Assembly (NCBI GenBank): GCA_965204055.1
Contig: OZ241967.1
Location: 1,801,362 to 1,865,361, forward strand
Reading direction: 5' to 3'
Origin: Bdellovibrionales bacterium
GTDB taxonomy: Bacteria; Bdellovibrionota; Bdellovibrionia; Bdellovibrionales; UBA1609
DNA length: 64,000 bases
Made by a program: the position numbers and the translations under genes
The notes under the pieces: model-generated
Told to the model about the DNA's origin: nothing
Seen by the model: only the letters and a program-made list of their open reading frames with translations
Database searches by the model: none
Part shown: piece after piece, positions 10,550-20,351 of the stretch
Layout: each line of letters begins with the position of its first letter
How positions within the stretch are numbered: position 1 is the stretch's first letter

Positions 10550-12129
10550 GTCGGTCGTGAAAAAGCAGTTAACGCATTGTTATCACTTGATTTTTTTATA
10601 AAATGTTTGGAAAATAATTGCACTAAAAGTCCTAAGTATAGGACTTTTAGTTTTCCATAAATCTCTTATTTTCTTGCAAAATAAGGAAAGGAAAAAGCAC
10701 CATGATTCCAAGGAATAATCTTCACAGCGGGCAATATAATCTGTTTAAAAAAAGAACAGACGAGGTAGCCCATAAAGATCACCCTTTGGTTATTTTATCA
10801 AGAGCCTTTGATTGGGATATGTTTGATAAGTCCTTTGGGGAGAAGTTTCACCCTGATAACGGACGCCCCGGTCTTGCTACCCGTTTAATGGTAGGTCTTC
10901 ATTACATCAAGTATGCCTATAATTTAAGCGATGAGGTTTTAATAGAGAGATTTAAAGAAAACCCCCAGTGGCAGTATTTTTGCGGTTTAGAGTATTACAC
11001 AGATACTGTGCCTTGTGATCGGAGTTCTTTAACCCGTTGGAGGCAGAGGATGGGAGAGGATAAGCTTAAGCTGTTATTGCAAGAGACGATAGAAGTAGCT
11101 AAAAGAGGGGGTTTGTTGAAGAGGGGGGAGCTCAAGACCGTTGTAGTGGATACAACCATTATGGAGAAAGCCATAGCTTTTCCAACAGACAGCCGTCTTT
11201 ACTTTAAGTCTTTGCAGTCTTTGGTTCGTTTTTGTAAGAAGTCAGGGATTAAGCTAAGACAGACTTACAAGAGGAAGTCAAAAAAGAGTTTATTTAAGCA
11301 GGCCCGATTAGCCCACTTGAGACGATTTCGTCAGGCCCAAAGGGAACAAAGGAGGTTAAAAACTTACTTAGGTCGTGTGATGAGAGATATTCAAAGGAAG
11401 TGTCCCTCTTGGAAGGATAATGTTCGTTTGCGCAAGCTATTGGAGATAAGCCAAGCGGTGTTTGAGCAAAAAAGAAGTGATCAGGATAAAGTGTATAGTG
11501 TTCATGCTCCAGAGGTGAAGTGTTATTCTAAGGGAAAAGCCCATAAGCGGTATGAGTTTGGCAGTAAAGTGAGTGTGGTTGTTTCTGCAAAGACTTGCTG
11601 GGTATTGGGAGTTAAGTCCTTTACAGAGAGTGTGCACGATGTATTAACATTAAAGCCGGCCCTTTCTGATGTGCAAAGTTTAACGGGAGTTTGTTTAAAG
11701 CGAGTGTTTGTAGATAAAGGCTATAGAGGGAAGAAGCATCATCCTGAAGGATTGGAGGTTAATGTAAGCGGTCAGAGACCATCACCCAGTCGTTATCATC
11801 GCCGTTTGGCACGTCGAAGGAACAGTGTAGAGGCAGTGATAGGTCATTTGAAGGGGGATTGTCGTATGGAGAGGAATTTTTTACATGGTGAGCTGGGTGA
11901 TGGAGTGAATGCTCTACTTTCTAGAAGTGGATACAATATAAGGAGATTGATAAGAGAAGTAAATAGGTTGCCTTCTTTTTTTGTTCTTTTTATCAAGAGG
12001 TTTTTTACTATGTTATTTTGTTTGTCGGCAAAGCCTTAAGCGGTGAGGGTCCAAGCGTAAGCGTCCCGAACAAGCTTAAGGTTTTGCAGACCACAGCTTA
12101 AACTTAAAAGAGGGTTTTTCACGTGCTAC
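10550..12129 (+). mobile_element. IS5-family insertion sequence (1580 bp)
   Basis: TIRs gtcggtcgtgaaaaa / tttttcacgtgctac flank the transposase; flanks are tactta / tacata (non-identical). Confidence 0.9.
10702..12039 (+). CDS. IS5-family DDE transposase
   Basis: GRPGLATRLMVGL, NPQWQYFCG, VVVDTT, KRYEFG, VFVDKGYRG, RRRNSVEAVIGHLK; higher GC than flanks. Confidence 0.95.
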   Translation: MIPRNNLHSGQYNLFKKRTDEVAHKDHPLVILSRAFDWDMFDKSFGEKFHPDNGRPGLATRLMVGLHYIKYAYNLSDEVLIERFKENPQWQYFCGLEYYTDTVPCDRSSLTRWRQRMGEDKLKLLLQETIEVAKRGGLLKRGELKTVVVDTTIMEKAIAFPTDSRLYFKSLQSLVRFCKKSGIKLRQTYKRKSKKSLFKQARLAHLRRFRQAQREQRRLKTYLGRVMRDIQRKCPSWKDNVRLRKLLEISQAVFEQKRSDQDKVYSVHAPEVKCYSKGKAHKRYEFGSKVSVVVSAKTCWVLGVKSFTESVHDVLTLKPALSDVQSLTGVCLKRVFVDKGYRGKKHHPEGLEVNVSGQRPSPSRYHRRLARRRNSVEAVIGHLKGDCRMERNFLHGELGDGVNALLSRSGYNIRRLIREVNRLPSFFVLFIKRFFTMLFCLSAKP

Positions 12130-12320
12130 TACATAGCTGATCAAAAAGTGTTGCAGACAATAAAAACTTTAAGACTTCAGGGTTTTTCTTATAAGAGGGT
12201 TGCGCTGGCTCTGAATGGGTCCGGGCTCTTTATCTTTCTAAAGTTCCGCCTCGTGGTGGTGGCCAGTGGTTTAAGACACAGGTTATTAGAGTATGCAAAA
12301 GGAACGGGCTATCAGGGTAG
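12130..12320 (+). pseudogene. C-terminal remnant of a serine recombinase DNA-binding region, frameshifted
   Basis: DQKVLQTIKTLRLQGFSYKRVALALN, then in a second frame from 12237 SKVPPRGGGQWFKTQVIRVCKR*; the N-terminus is absent to the left of the IS. Confidence 0.55.
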
Positions 12321-12379
12321 AGTCACCCCCTATATGCTTATGTATACACCCCCTGATCACTTGTTTTTGGGATAATAGG

Positions 12380-12589
12380 TTATGTGCAATACTTTACTAT
12401 ATCTTCAAGGGCTTTTTCATAATCAGCATCAGCTTTTTTATAACTGGCGTTAGCTTTACCATAATTAGCCATCGCTGTTTCATGATCGCTTTTTATTTTT
12501 TCGCATATTTCAGTTTTCTTATATGGAATGCCGTCATAAAAAGCAAAAGCTACAAAGGGAAATAAAAGGATTATAAAAATTGCTTTCAT
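12380..12589 (-). CDS. Small secreted protein with heptad repeats
   Basis: Signal peptide ending AFA; YGKANAS/YKKADAD/YEKALED repeats. Confidence 0.6.
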   Translation of the reverse strand: MKAIFIILLFPFVAFAFYDGIPYKKTEICEKIKSDHETAMANYGKANASYKKADADYEKALEDIVKYCT

Positions 12590-12621
12590 ATACCTTGAAT
12601 CGGCACAATCCAGCCTATACT

Positions 12622-12849
12622 TTAGGATTTTAGAGCTTGTTCGATCAAATCTTTTATCTTTTTGTTTATTTTTAATTGGTATCCTTTTTGTGATGAATGC
12701 AAGTTATTTTTGAAACAATAGTCAATCATATCGCTTATTACACTTTTTGTTATATTAGGCCGGCCTTGAATACCGAAATCAGTCGCTATATTATAGACAG
12801 CCTCCCTTATAAAATCATACTCTTGCTTTGGCCTTTGTTGTCTATTCAT
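12622..12849 (-). CDS. Hypothetical protein
   Basis: 75-aa ORF co-oriented with its neighbours, RBS-like aaggggg. Confidence 0.55.
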   Translation of the reverse strand: MNRQQRPKQEYDFIREAVYNIATDFGIQGRPNITKSVISDMIDYCFKNNLHSSQKGYQLKINKKIKDLIEQALKS

Positions 12850-12869
12850 AAATCCCCCTTTACCAAATA

Positions 12870-13277
12870 TTATTTCTTTACCCGCTTTATTTTTTTATCT
12901 TTGGATAAGGGAGATTGCCTATTGTGTTTTTGTTTTTCTAATCCCATCATATCCATTTGAGAGGCATAAACAAAATTCTCCATTAGTGCAATACGATCAC
13001 TATTTACTTGGTCTACTTTTGTGCGCATAATCTCAAAGTAAGTAAAGAAACCCACAACAAAAATCGTGCCAACCGCAAGAACCCACTTCCCTAATATATC
13101 CAATCGTTTGTTTATTATATCAGCGGTTTTGGAATCTATCTTTGAGAGATATAAGTCAAACTTATTGCTCATACTTTCCTGGAATAGCTGAAATTCATGT
13201 TTCATTTCCTGTTTAAATAACATAAAATCAGCTTGTGTGACTGAATCTTTTTTTGAGTCTGACATTTCTCGCCTCAC
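12870..13277 (-). CDS. Coiled-coil + TM protein (DUF1640/Bdr-like)
   Basis: VTQADF..FKQEMKHEF followed by TM WVLAVGTIFVVGFFTYF; resembles 44943-45329. Confidence 0.65.
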   Translation of the reverse strand: MRREMSDSKKDSVTQADFMLFKQEMKHEFQLFQESMSNKFDLYLSKIDSKTADIINKRLDILGKWVLAVGTIFVVGFFTYFEIMRTKVDQVNSDRIALMENFVYASQMDMMGLEKQKHNRQSPLSKDKKIKRVKK

Positions 13278-13535
13278 TTTTTTATATTTTTTTTAATATA
13301 CCACACACAACACCGCAATTTTTACAATCCATTACATGGGCTGTCAATGATTTTACCGCAAATAACTGATATTGAGAATCATCATCATATAAACCTTACT
13401 TTTTTTCAGGATAAGCAATTTTTTCTATAAAAATTTTAAAATCCTTATATTTTATTTTTACTTCCTTTTCTATATCAAACCCGTGCGGTGCGCGGTCTTT
13501 TAATCTTTTATCAGTCTCTTTTAGAGGTATTTATC

Positions 13536-13685
13536 TTATAAAAGATATAATTGTAAGTTTACAATGGCTCTTAGCTCTTTCTGTATTCCATTCAATACTT
13601 TTGTTTGGCTTTTTTGTTGGACGGCGTCTGCAAGGTTTCTTAGCTCTTTCTGTAGCCCAATCAATGCTCTCGTTTGGGTATCCAT
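13536..13685 (-). CDS. 49-aa small protein with internal duplication (xLxGxQKELR x2)
   Basis: Translated by hand: MDTQTRALIGLQKELRNLADAVQQKSQTKVLNGIQKELRAIVNLQLYLL; ggag RBS; below the track cut-off. Confidence 0.5.
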   Translation of the reverse strand: MDTQTRALIGLQKELRNLADAVQQKSQTKVLNGIQKELRAIVNLQLYLL

Positions 13686-14097
13686 TTTATGTCTCCGATT
13701 TTTTTATTCTTTAAGATTTTTGTTTATACTGGGTATGGGGCTGACTATATTCCGCTTCAGTAACAGGTAAGAGCCATAAAACCATTGTAAACAGGCTTAT
13801 CGGACAGCCTGAACAAGACTTTAGGGAAATATTAAAAAATATCAGAAAAACTTGGAAAATATGAGATATTAAAATTAAAAAGTGGACTTTTTGGCTTTTG
13901 TGCCTATAAACAGAGACGGCCTTAAATAGCCAAAAGCCAGTAGCATACCAAAAGGGGTATAAAATGAGACTTCCCATCCTTCACCAAAATTTTCAACACG
14001 GCGCAACTCTTCAACACCATTCTTATACCCCCATTTAGAGGAATCCATCTAAAACACTTCTTGCCCTTAAAGAGTTTAATTTGATATAAACAAGAAC

Positions 14098-14499
14098 ATG
14101 AAAGAAAATACAAATCCCGCGCCTTTATCTGAAGTCTTACACACTTTTTTTAAGACTTATCTTAATAAAACAGATCAGGGGTTTGGAATAAAGCTTTGGC
14201 AAAATTGGCCAAAATTTGCCTCAACAGAAATTTTAAAACATACTAAACCCGTAAGTTATCAAAGTGGCCGGCTGGTTTTGTGGTCAGCTAACTCTGTTGA
14301 AATTCAGGAGCTAAGCTTTCAGGTAGAAGATCTAAAACAGGCCATCAACAACTATTTTGGTAAGGTATGGGTGAAGGATATTTATTTTACTGTCAATAAA
14401 GATATTTTAAACAAAAGAGAAAATTCTTTTCATATCTTACAAAAAATCTCTAAAGAGTTTTTTCAAGAAAAACCCCAAAAAAATACTATCACTACTTAA
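14098..14499 (+). CDS. DciA/DUF721-family protein
   Basis: PLSEVL...W..FA..EI..HTKPVSYQSGRLVL..ANSV..QEL pattern. Confidence 0.7.
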   Translation: MKENTNPAPLSEVLHTFFKTYLNKTDQGFGIKLWQNWPKFASTEILKHTKPVSYQSGRLVLWSANSVEIQELSFQVEDLKQAINNYFGKVWVKDIYFTVNKDILNKRENSFHILQKISKEFFQEKPQKNTITT

Positions 14500-14531
14500 A
14501 GCTTTTACCTTTTTATCTTGCAGGAAGGGGC

Positions 14532-15305
14532 TTAATTTTTTTTAACCGGGTTTTTGTTTTTTTCCTCCACTAAGGACGGAAGATATTTATGATAAGGGCG
14601 CCCCCCTAAAAGGCTTATCACACGGTTATAAAGACGTTTGTTATTGATCAAAGCCCCTGCTGTTCCTTCTCCCTCATCTATTTTCTTTAAAATGTTGTTA
14701 AGAATTTTTAAAGTTTGAGATATCTCTTGGGATTTATTTTCAGAAAACATACGAGACATATCTTTAGCTATCTGGCTTAACTGCCGGACCGTTTGCTCAG
14801 AGTTTAAAGCACGCGTAAAAATTAATAGCTCATCTAAAATAGCAGATATTTTTTCCCCTGTAGCTTGAGTTCCTAAAGTTCCCAACACCCCTGGAACAGG
14901 TTTTGTGGGAATAAAGCTGTTTTTAGCCAGCTTCCTGCCTTGTTTACCCTTAGTTATAATAGAGATATATTTATCCCCTAATAAACCCTTTGTCCTTAAA
15001 CTGGCAGTGGACTTATCCGTAATAACGGAAGTAAATTTACGCAAAACAGATACCACCACCTGTACAGCTCCTGTTTCCGACACAAAATGAATATCAGAAA
15101 CATTGCCAACCGATATTCCGTTAATCCTCACAGCACTTCCCACAAACAAGCCATCCACAGTTTCAAACTTTATTTTATATTTAGACACCATACTGAAATA
15201 AGTTTTATCGTCACCTATTAAAGCAACATAGGCAAACAAACACACCACACCTGCTAATATAAAAACACCTACTTTAAGCTTTATTCTTTGCTTTTTCTGA
15301 CTCAT
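14532..15305 (-). CDS. mlaD: MCE/MlaD-family protein
   Basis: KVGVF TM anchor, GLFVGSAVRINGISVGNV, GLLGDKYI. Confidence 0.9.
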   Translation of the reverse strand: MSQKKQRIKLKVGVFILAGVVCLFAYVALIGDDKTYFSMVSKYKIKFETVDGLFVGSAVRINGISVGNVSDIHFVSETGAVQVVVSVLRKFTSVITDKSTASLRTKGLLGDKYISIITKGKQGRKLAKNSFIPTKPVPGVLGTLGTQATGEKISAILDELLIFTRALNSEQTVRQLSQIAKDMSRMFSENKSQEISQTLKILNNILKKIDEGEGTAGALINNKRLYNRVISLLGGRPYHKYLPSLVEEKNKNPVKKN

Positions 15306-16050
15306 AGTTCTCTCCTTTTTTAAGACCTTTAATAAAATGACCTAAGACTGTGTCTTTATTTTTTCTCACATTTTGTGGGGTATCTATCGCCTTAATTTTT
15401 CCATCCCCCAACAAAGCAATGCGATCACAAACCCTTAAAGCCGTTGGCATATCATGCGTTACCAACATAGAACTTGCTCCTTTTTTTTGCAGTTTCATAA
15501 TAGTATTTTGCATATTTCTTTTTTTATACGGATCTAAACCTGTGGTAGGTTCATCATATAAAATGACCTTTGGTTTGATAATAGTGGCTCGCGCAATACC
15601 TACTCTTTTTTGCATTCCACCTGATAGCTCTGATGGATACATCTTTTCACTCCCAGTTAAATCAAATTCCTCTAATTCCTGTAAAACCGCTGTTTGAATT
15701 TCCTTTTCCGACCAATTTGTATGCTCCCTTAAAGGAAAAGCCAAATTTTCATAAACTGTCATAGAATCAAACAAAGCCCCTCCTTGAAAAACATAAGACA
15801 CCTTTTTTCTGATAAACACATATTGCTCTTCACTGGAACTTAAAACATCTCTGCTTTCAAAAAAAATCTTCCCGCTGGTGGGATATTCCAACCCAATAAC
15901 AGAACGAAGTAAAGTGGATTTGCCCTCTCCAGATCCTCCAATCAATCCCAGACACTCCCCTTCTTCTAAAAAAAAACTCACCCCTTTTAAAACCTTTTTT
16001 TTCTTAAAGGAAACATAGAGGTTTTTTACTTCAATTATAGGTTTTTGCAT
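15274..16050 (-). CDS. mlaF: MlaF-type ABC ATPase
   Basis: GGSGEGKST, VFQGGALFDSMTV, LSGGMQKR, YDEPTTGLDP. Confidence 0.9.
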   Translation of the reverse strand: MQKPIIEVKNLYVSFKKKKVLKGVSFFLEEGECLGLIGGSGEGKSTLLRSVIGLEYPTSGKIFFESRDVLSSSEEQYVFIRKKVSYVFQGGALFDSMTVYENLAFPLREHTNWSEKEIQTAVLQELEEFDLTGSEKMYPSELSGGMQKRVGIARATIIKPKVILYDEPTTGLDPYKKRNMQNTIMKLQKKGASSMLVTHDMPTALRVCDRIALLGDGKIKAIDTPQNVRKNKDTVLGHFIKGLKKGENYESEKAKNKA

Positions 16051-16065
16051 ATAATCTCCTAATTA

Positions 16066-16229
16066 ATCCTCCGTGATAAAGTCTATTTGTCTCCAAACTG
16101 CAAAACCAAGTACTTGGCTTTGCAGTCCTTGGAAAACGGGTATCCAGAACCTAAACTAAAGGCCTAAAAGGCTTTCAGCCTTTTTCAAGTGAGAATCCAG
16201 TCAAAAAAACAATCTTTTTCACGGAGGAT
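16066..16229. mobile_element. MITE (164 bp) inside the mlaE-mlaF operon
   Basis: TIRs atcctccgtgataaa / tttttcacggaggat; perfect TSD taatta (16060-16065, 16230-16235); carries the 28-bp palindrome module (16098-16125) inverted relative to the 6520 MITE. Confidence 0.9.
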
Positions 16230-16304
16230 TAATTAGTCCATCCTGAATAAGTCAGTTTAGTTAAATCAAACGCCTGGTACAATAACTTTTTCCCGGACCA
16301 CTAA

Positions 16305-17060
16305 TTACACCATCATCCAATAAAATTTCGTCAACAGATAATCTCCTAACACAATTAAAACAGAAGAAAAAACAACTGATTTTGTGGTCGCATTTCCCAC
16401 TTCATAAGTTCCTTGGCTCACTCTCAATCCAAAATAACAAGCTGTTAATATAATAAAAGAAGAGAAAAAATAAGTCTTTATATAACCAGAAAAAAAATCG
16501 TGTAAAGTAGGTGTGTCAAAAGCTTTGCGGAAAAAATAAAGCATATCCAAATTCAGCTCAAAATATCCCACCAAAGCCCCACAAATAATGGAAATCAGAC
16601 AAGAAAGCACACATAAAATAGGGACAGCCACCAACCCCCCTAAATAGCGGGGAATGACAATTCTTTTAATGGGAGAGGTGCCTAAGGCCAAAAGCGCGTC
16701 AATTTGCTGAGTGACTTTCATAGCACCGATTTCTGCTGTTATTCCTGCTCCCACCCGACCAGCTAAAATAAGACTTGTAAACACAGGACCAAATTCCCGG
16801 AATATAGATAAAGATAAAATTTTCGGACTGTATATTTTGCCTCCAAATTTTTCAAGAGTTAGCCCAAACTGCAAAGTTAAAACCATCCCTCCACAGGCAG
16901 CAGTAACAAAAATAATAGGTAACGACCTCCAACCTATCTCATAAATTTGACGAATAAAAAGATTAAAATAAAAGGGCCTGGTTTTAAGCTCCAAAACAAT
17001 ATCCCGAAAAAGAAGAACAATACCTCCAAAAAAGTGCACAACCTGCATAACCCAACTCAT
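16305..17060 (-). CDS. mlaE: MlaE-type ABC permease
   Basis: REFGPVFTSLILAGRVGAGITAEIGAMKVTQQIDAL. Confidence 0.93.
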   Translation of the reverse strand: MSWVMQVVHFFGGIVLLFRDIVLELKTRPFYFNLFIRQIYEIGWRSLPIIFVTAACGGMVLTLQFGLTLEKFGGKIYSPKILSLSIFREFGPVFTSLILAGRVGAGITAEIGAMKVTQQIDALLALGTSPIKRIVIPRYLGGLVAVPILCVLSCLISIICGALVGYFELNLDMLYFFRKAFDTPTLHDFFSGYIKTYFFSSFIILTACYFGLRVSQGTYEVGNATTKSVVFSSVLIVLGDYLLTKFYWMMV

Positions 17061-17680
17061 GGCGCGCGAAACTCCTGAATAAAATTTTTAAACACTAAAG
17101 TTTTAAAAGAAAGAGGATTCTTTGTTCCATGACTTAAAAAACTAAGAGCGTAAAAACAACTTTCTTTCTTAAATAAAAAAAGCTCCACAGTGATTTTTAA
17201 GTTCTCCGCTCCTAATTGGCTTAATTTTAAATAACGCGCTTTTTGACCTTGATGATGTGTTTTATCTCTATAAATGACACGAAATCTTTTTAAATCTTCT
17301 AAAATATCTTTTTGAAATTGCTCTAAAGAGGCAAAAGGGGCGGTAGAAGAGCAGTTAGAGAAAAAAGAGAGGATATTGCCATTTTTTGGAGCTTTCCAAA
17401 AAGCATCCACACTTTTTTTAGCCCACTTTTTATAAGGAGGAGGAGGTGGAATAAAAACCACACCTTTAGCTGTTTTATCTTTTAAAGAGCTTAAATCAAA
17501 TGATATGCAGGAGGTAAAAAGTAAAAACAAGCTGGTAAAAAGAGAAATATAATATATTCGCATAAACTGGTTAGATCTCACCTGGACTTTGAGGGCGTAG
17601 TCAGAAAATTCAAAAAAGATTGAGTTAAGCTTTTTTTGCTTAAAAAATTTTCTCAAATAAAAATATACATAATTTTTCAC
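17057..17680 (-). CDS. Putative lipoprotein, first gene of the mla operon
   Basis: LLFTSC lipobox-like motif after an internal Met; overlaps mlaE by 4 nt. Confidence 0.65.
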   Translation of the reverse strand: MKNYVYFYLRKFFKQKKLNSIFFEFSDYALKVQVRSNQFMRIYYISLFTSLFLLFTSCISFDLSSLKDKTAKGVVFIPPPPPYKKWAKKSVDAFWKAPKNGNILSFFSNCSSTAPFASLEQFQKDILEDLKRFRVIYRDKTHHQGQKARYLKLSQLGAENLKITVELFLFKKESCFYALSFLSHGTKNPLSFKTLVFKNFIQEFRAP

Positions 17681-17887
17681 AACAGACAGAATTTCCCATA
17701 ACTGCCTTTAGCTTTCAAGACCACCTGCGACTTAAAAAAAGGTCCTTAACAAAACAATAAGCCATAAAAAGCCTTTTTTCAACATTTAAAGTCAGAATAT
17801 AGAAGTTTTTTAAGAAAAGGGAAGGTATTTTTCTCCAGATGAATAGGTTTTTTTCCTGTATGATTAAACCCGAAGAGGTTACACTTT

Positions 17888-18574
17888 TCACCGGCCCCCT
17901 GTTCTACCACCTTCAGAGTTGTCTATATCTTTGTTTTCCAGCTCAGCTGTTCCTATTTCTGCGGTTTCACGGGCTGAACCTCCGTAATATAACATTACAT
18001 CTAAAATACCATATCCCCCAGCGGGATTAGTGGATGGACTTCTCAAAATAATAGAACCTGTATTGGTGCCTGTAAAACGCACATGAAACCCCTCATAATC
18101 ATTCCAATATTTTGCTGTTCCTTTTAGAATAATAGGAGATAAAAAATTTACTGTAAAACCACAAGCTCCTAAATAACCTTGAAAAAATGATCCACGACTC
18201 CCATTATAATAAGTTTTAATGGTCAAAGTGGCTTTAGAGGGAAATTCCTCTTTTTCAAACTGAATTTTTAAATCAGCTTTAGAATCAAAATTTTTACAAG
18301 AATACGGACCAATATAATGTGTGCAAGGGTCACATCTTCTGCTGTCTCTTAAAAAACTTCTATATTTGCCCGCATTTGTAAAATCTAAAGAACCAGACCA
18401 TATTAAAGAATTATTATCCACCGAACTTTCTTCCGTCTTAACTGGTTTAGCAGACTTAGTGGGAGTGGTTTGATTGGTGTTTTTGTTCGGCTTTTCATCT
18501 AAATGGCAAGCCATTAAAAAAAGCACCGCACAACACAATAAAGAACAATAAAGAAAGTGTTTTAATATTTGCAT
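17888..18574 (-). CDS. Hypothetical lipoprotein
   Basis: LMAC lipobox; Cys pairs. Confidence 0.75.
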   Translation of the reverse strand: MQILKHFLYCSLLCCAVLFLMACHLDEKPNKNTNQTTPTKSAKPVKTEESSVDNNSLIWSGSLDFTNAGKYRSFLRDSRRCDPCTHYIGPYSCKNFDSKADLKIQFEKEEFPSKATLTIKTYYNGSRGSFFQGYLGACGFTVNFLSPIILKGTAKYWNDYEGFHVRFTGTNTGSIILRSPSTNPAGGYGILDVMLYYGGSARETAEIGTAELENKDIDNSEGGRTGGR

Positions 18575-18756
18575 ATTATTTTAATCGGATTTTTTATTGG
18601 CTTTGCTTAAAATATAATTCTTTTAGGTGGCTTTTCTCGCTAATTTTCTCAGTAAAAAATAAAGATTTGCCAAAAAAACAAGGATTTTTCAAAAGCAGAG
18701 GAATATAATCTGGATTTTAGTCCAGCCTACCTAAAACTAAGAACCGAGCGAACCAC

Positions 18757-18954
18757 GGGCTAAATTGTCGCTTAAAAAACCCGTTTTTAGCACCTCATAA
18801 TATTAAATGGCCTATTTATGGGCTAAATTGTTGCTTAAAAAAACCTGTTTTTAGCATCTCACAATATTAAATGGCCGGTTTAAAGGCTAAATTGTCGCTT
18901 AAAAAGCCAATTTTTGGACTTTCTGCTTTATTAAATTCATTGAATATGTTATAA
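18757..18954 (+). repeat. 63/64-bp tandem repeat block, left copy of the direct repeat around the NYN gene
   Basis: ggctaaattgtcgcttaaaaa at 18758, 18821 and 18885; the tail to gaatatgttataa recurs at 19800-19933. Confidence 0.9.
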
Positions 18955-19052
18955 AATAGACTATATCTAACAGTTTTTTCTGAAAAATATTTAAAAAATA
19001 TATTTTTACTATTGATTACCACAACAAATATCCGATATATGTTAGTGTATCT

Positions 19053-19113
19053 ATCTCTTGACAGTAAGCTATCCCACTAATAGAGTGATATGCCAAACTC
19101 AAGAGATTTTTTT
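19053..19113 (+). promoter_or_regulatory. Structured leader hairpin + U-tract before NYN gene 1 (candidate ncRNA/attenuator)
   Basis: Outer stem atctcttga/tcaagagat, inner gc-tat-cact/agtg-ata-gc, T run, then ATG; second copy at 20352. Confidence 0.65.
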
Positions 19114-19806
19114 ATGATTAAAACTGCAATCCTTGTTGATGGTTCTTTCTTTATAAAAAGATATAGAAAACTATATAAGAAAGATAATCGTAATCCTGAA
19201 AAAGTTGCTCATTTTTTATATACTATATGCCACAAACATTTAGTAAATAAAAAACCCATAGAACATTATGAATCAGAACATCAAGACAATTTATATCGGA
19301 TTTTTTACTATGATTGTCATCCACTACAATTCAAAATTCATCACCCTATTACAAAAAAACTTATAGATTTCTCAAAAACGGAGGAATATAATTTTCGTAA
19401 AAACTTTTTTGAACAACTAAAGAAAAAACGAAAAGTAGCTCTTAGGTTAGGACAACTCACAACTTATAAAAAATGGAAGATCTCATCTGATAGTTTAAAA
19501 GTTTTGTTAAAAAAAGAGATTACTGTTGAAAGCCTTACAGAGAAAGAGGTTAGTTTAGATGTTGTTCAGAAGGGCACAGACATTAAAATAGGAATTGATA
19601 TTGCTTCTTTAGCTTTAAAAAAACAAGTTGGTAGAATTATTTTAATTTCAGGTGATAGTGATTTTGTGCCAGCGGCTAAATTGGCCAGACGAGAAGGTAT
19701 TGATTTTATATTAGATCCTTTATGGCAACCTATCAGCCCTTCATTATATGAACATATTGATGGACTGCGTTCCGTTATTAAGAAACCAGATTATAAAAAG
19801 GGCTAA
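19114..19806 (+). CDS. NYN-domain (LabA/DUF88, PIN-like) ribonuclease 1
   Basis: AILVDGSF, QKGTDIKIGIDI, ISGDSDFVP; ATG at 19114 preferred over the track start 19090, which lies inside the hairpin. Confidence 0.9.
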   Translation: MIKTAILVDGSFFIKRYRKLYKKDNRNPEKVAHFLYTICHKHLVNKKPIEHYESEHQDNLYRIFYYDCHPLQFKIHHPITKKLIDFSKTEEYNFRKNFFEQLKKKRKVALRLGQLTTYKKWKISSDSLKVLLKKEITVESLTEKEVSLDVVQKGTDIKIGIDIASLALKKQVGRIILISGDSDFVPAAKLARREGIDFILDPLWQPISPSLYEHIDGLRSVIKKPDYKKG

Positions 19807-19933
19807 ATTGTCGCTTAAAAAACCCGTTTTTAGCACCTCATAATATTAAATAGCCTATTTATGGGCTAAATTGTCGCTTAAAAAGCCAATTTTTGGACTT
19901 TCTGCTTTATTAAATTCATTGAATATGTTATAA
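19800..19933 (+). repeat. 134-bp right copy of the direct repeat; supplies the NYN stop codon and the probable ssrA promoter
   Basis: Near-identical to unit 1 plus the tail of 18757-18954. Confidence 0.9.
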
Positions 19934-19945
19934 GTAGGGAAAATC

Positions 19946-20301
19946 GGGGGCGAGTGGCTTTGACGCAGGCCATGAAGCTTCAGGAGCATACAGAGGCACA
20001 TGGGGACCTCTTTAAAAACATGTATAAAAACTAATTGGCAACTTTTTTCCAGTTGCTCTTGCCGCTTAATTTAAACAAGTGGCCGTTGACTGCCCTTTTG
20101 ACGATGAAGGGTGGAAGGCGTTGATTGAATCGTCTCGGCTTTAGACTGCTTTATCAGGGTAAAAAGCTTAAATTTACTGGTAAAAACCCGATAGATTGTG
20201 TTGGTGCCAGTTTATCGGTACTTTTTGCATCAACTAAGTATGTAGCTTGCCTGAATGTGGATGATTTGCGGACACGAGTTCGACTCTCGTCGCCTCCACC
20301 A
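19946..20301 (+). ncRNA. ssrA: tmRNA, tag peptide (A)GNFFPVALAA
   Basis: 5' GGGGGCG pairs with 3' CGCCTCC-ACCA; T-arm gagttcgactctc; internal ggc aac ttt ttt cca gtt gct ctt gcc gct taa. Confidence 0.93.
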
Positions 20302-20308
20302 TTTGCTT

Positions 20309-20332
20309 GCACAAGCCGATTTAATCTTGTGC
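20309..20332 (+). terminator. Hairpin after tmRNA
   Basis: gcacaag-N10-cttgtgc followed by an AT-rich run. Confidence 0.5.
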
Positions 20333-20351
20333 TTATATATTGTTGATGTAT

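Noticed and set aside
13711-13977. 88-aa hydrophobic ORF with CSGCP
   Set aside because: No recognisable family or clear RBS, and overlapping alternative ORFs; cannot be supported
18757-18954. Possible CRISPR or type III antitoxin array
   Set aside because: Only 2-3 diverging 63-bp units without unique spacers; the block also precedes ssrA, so it is treated as a duplicated upstream region
20125-20346. 73-aa ORF in the track
   Set aside because: Lies inside the tmRNA gene
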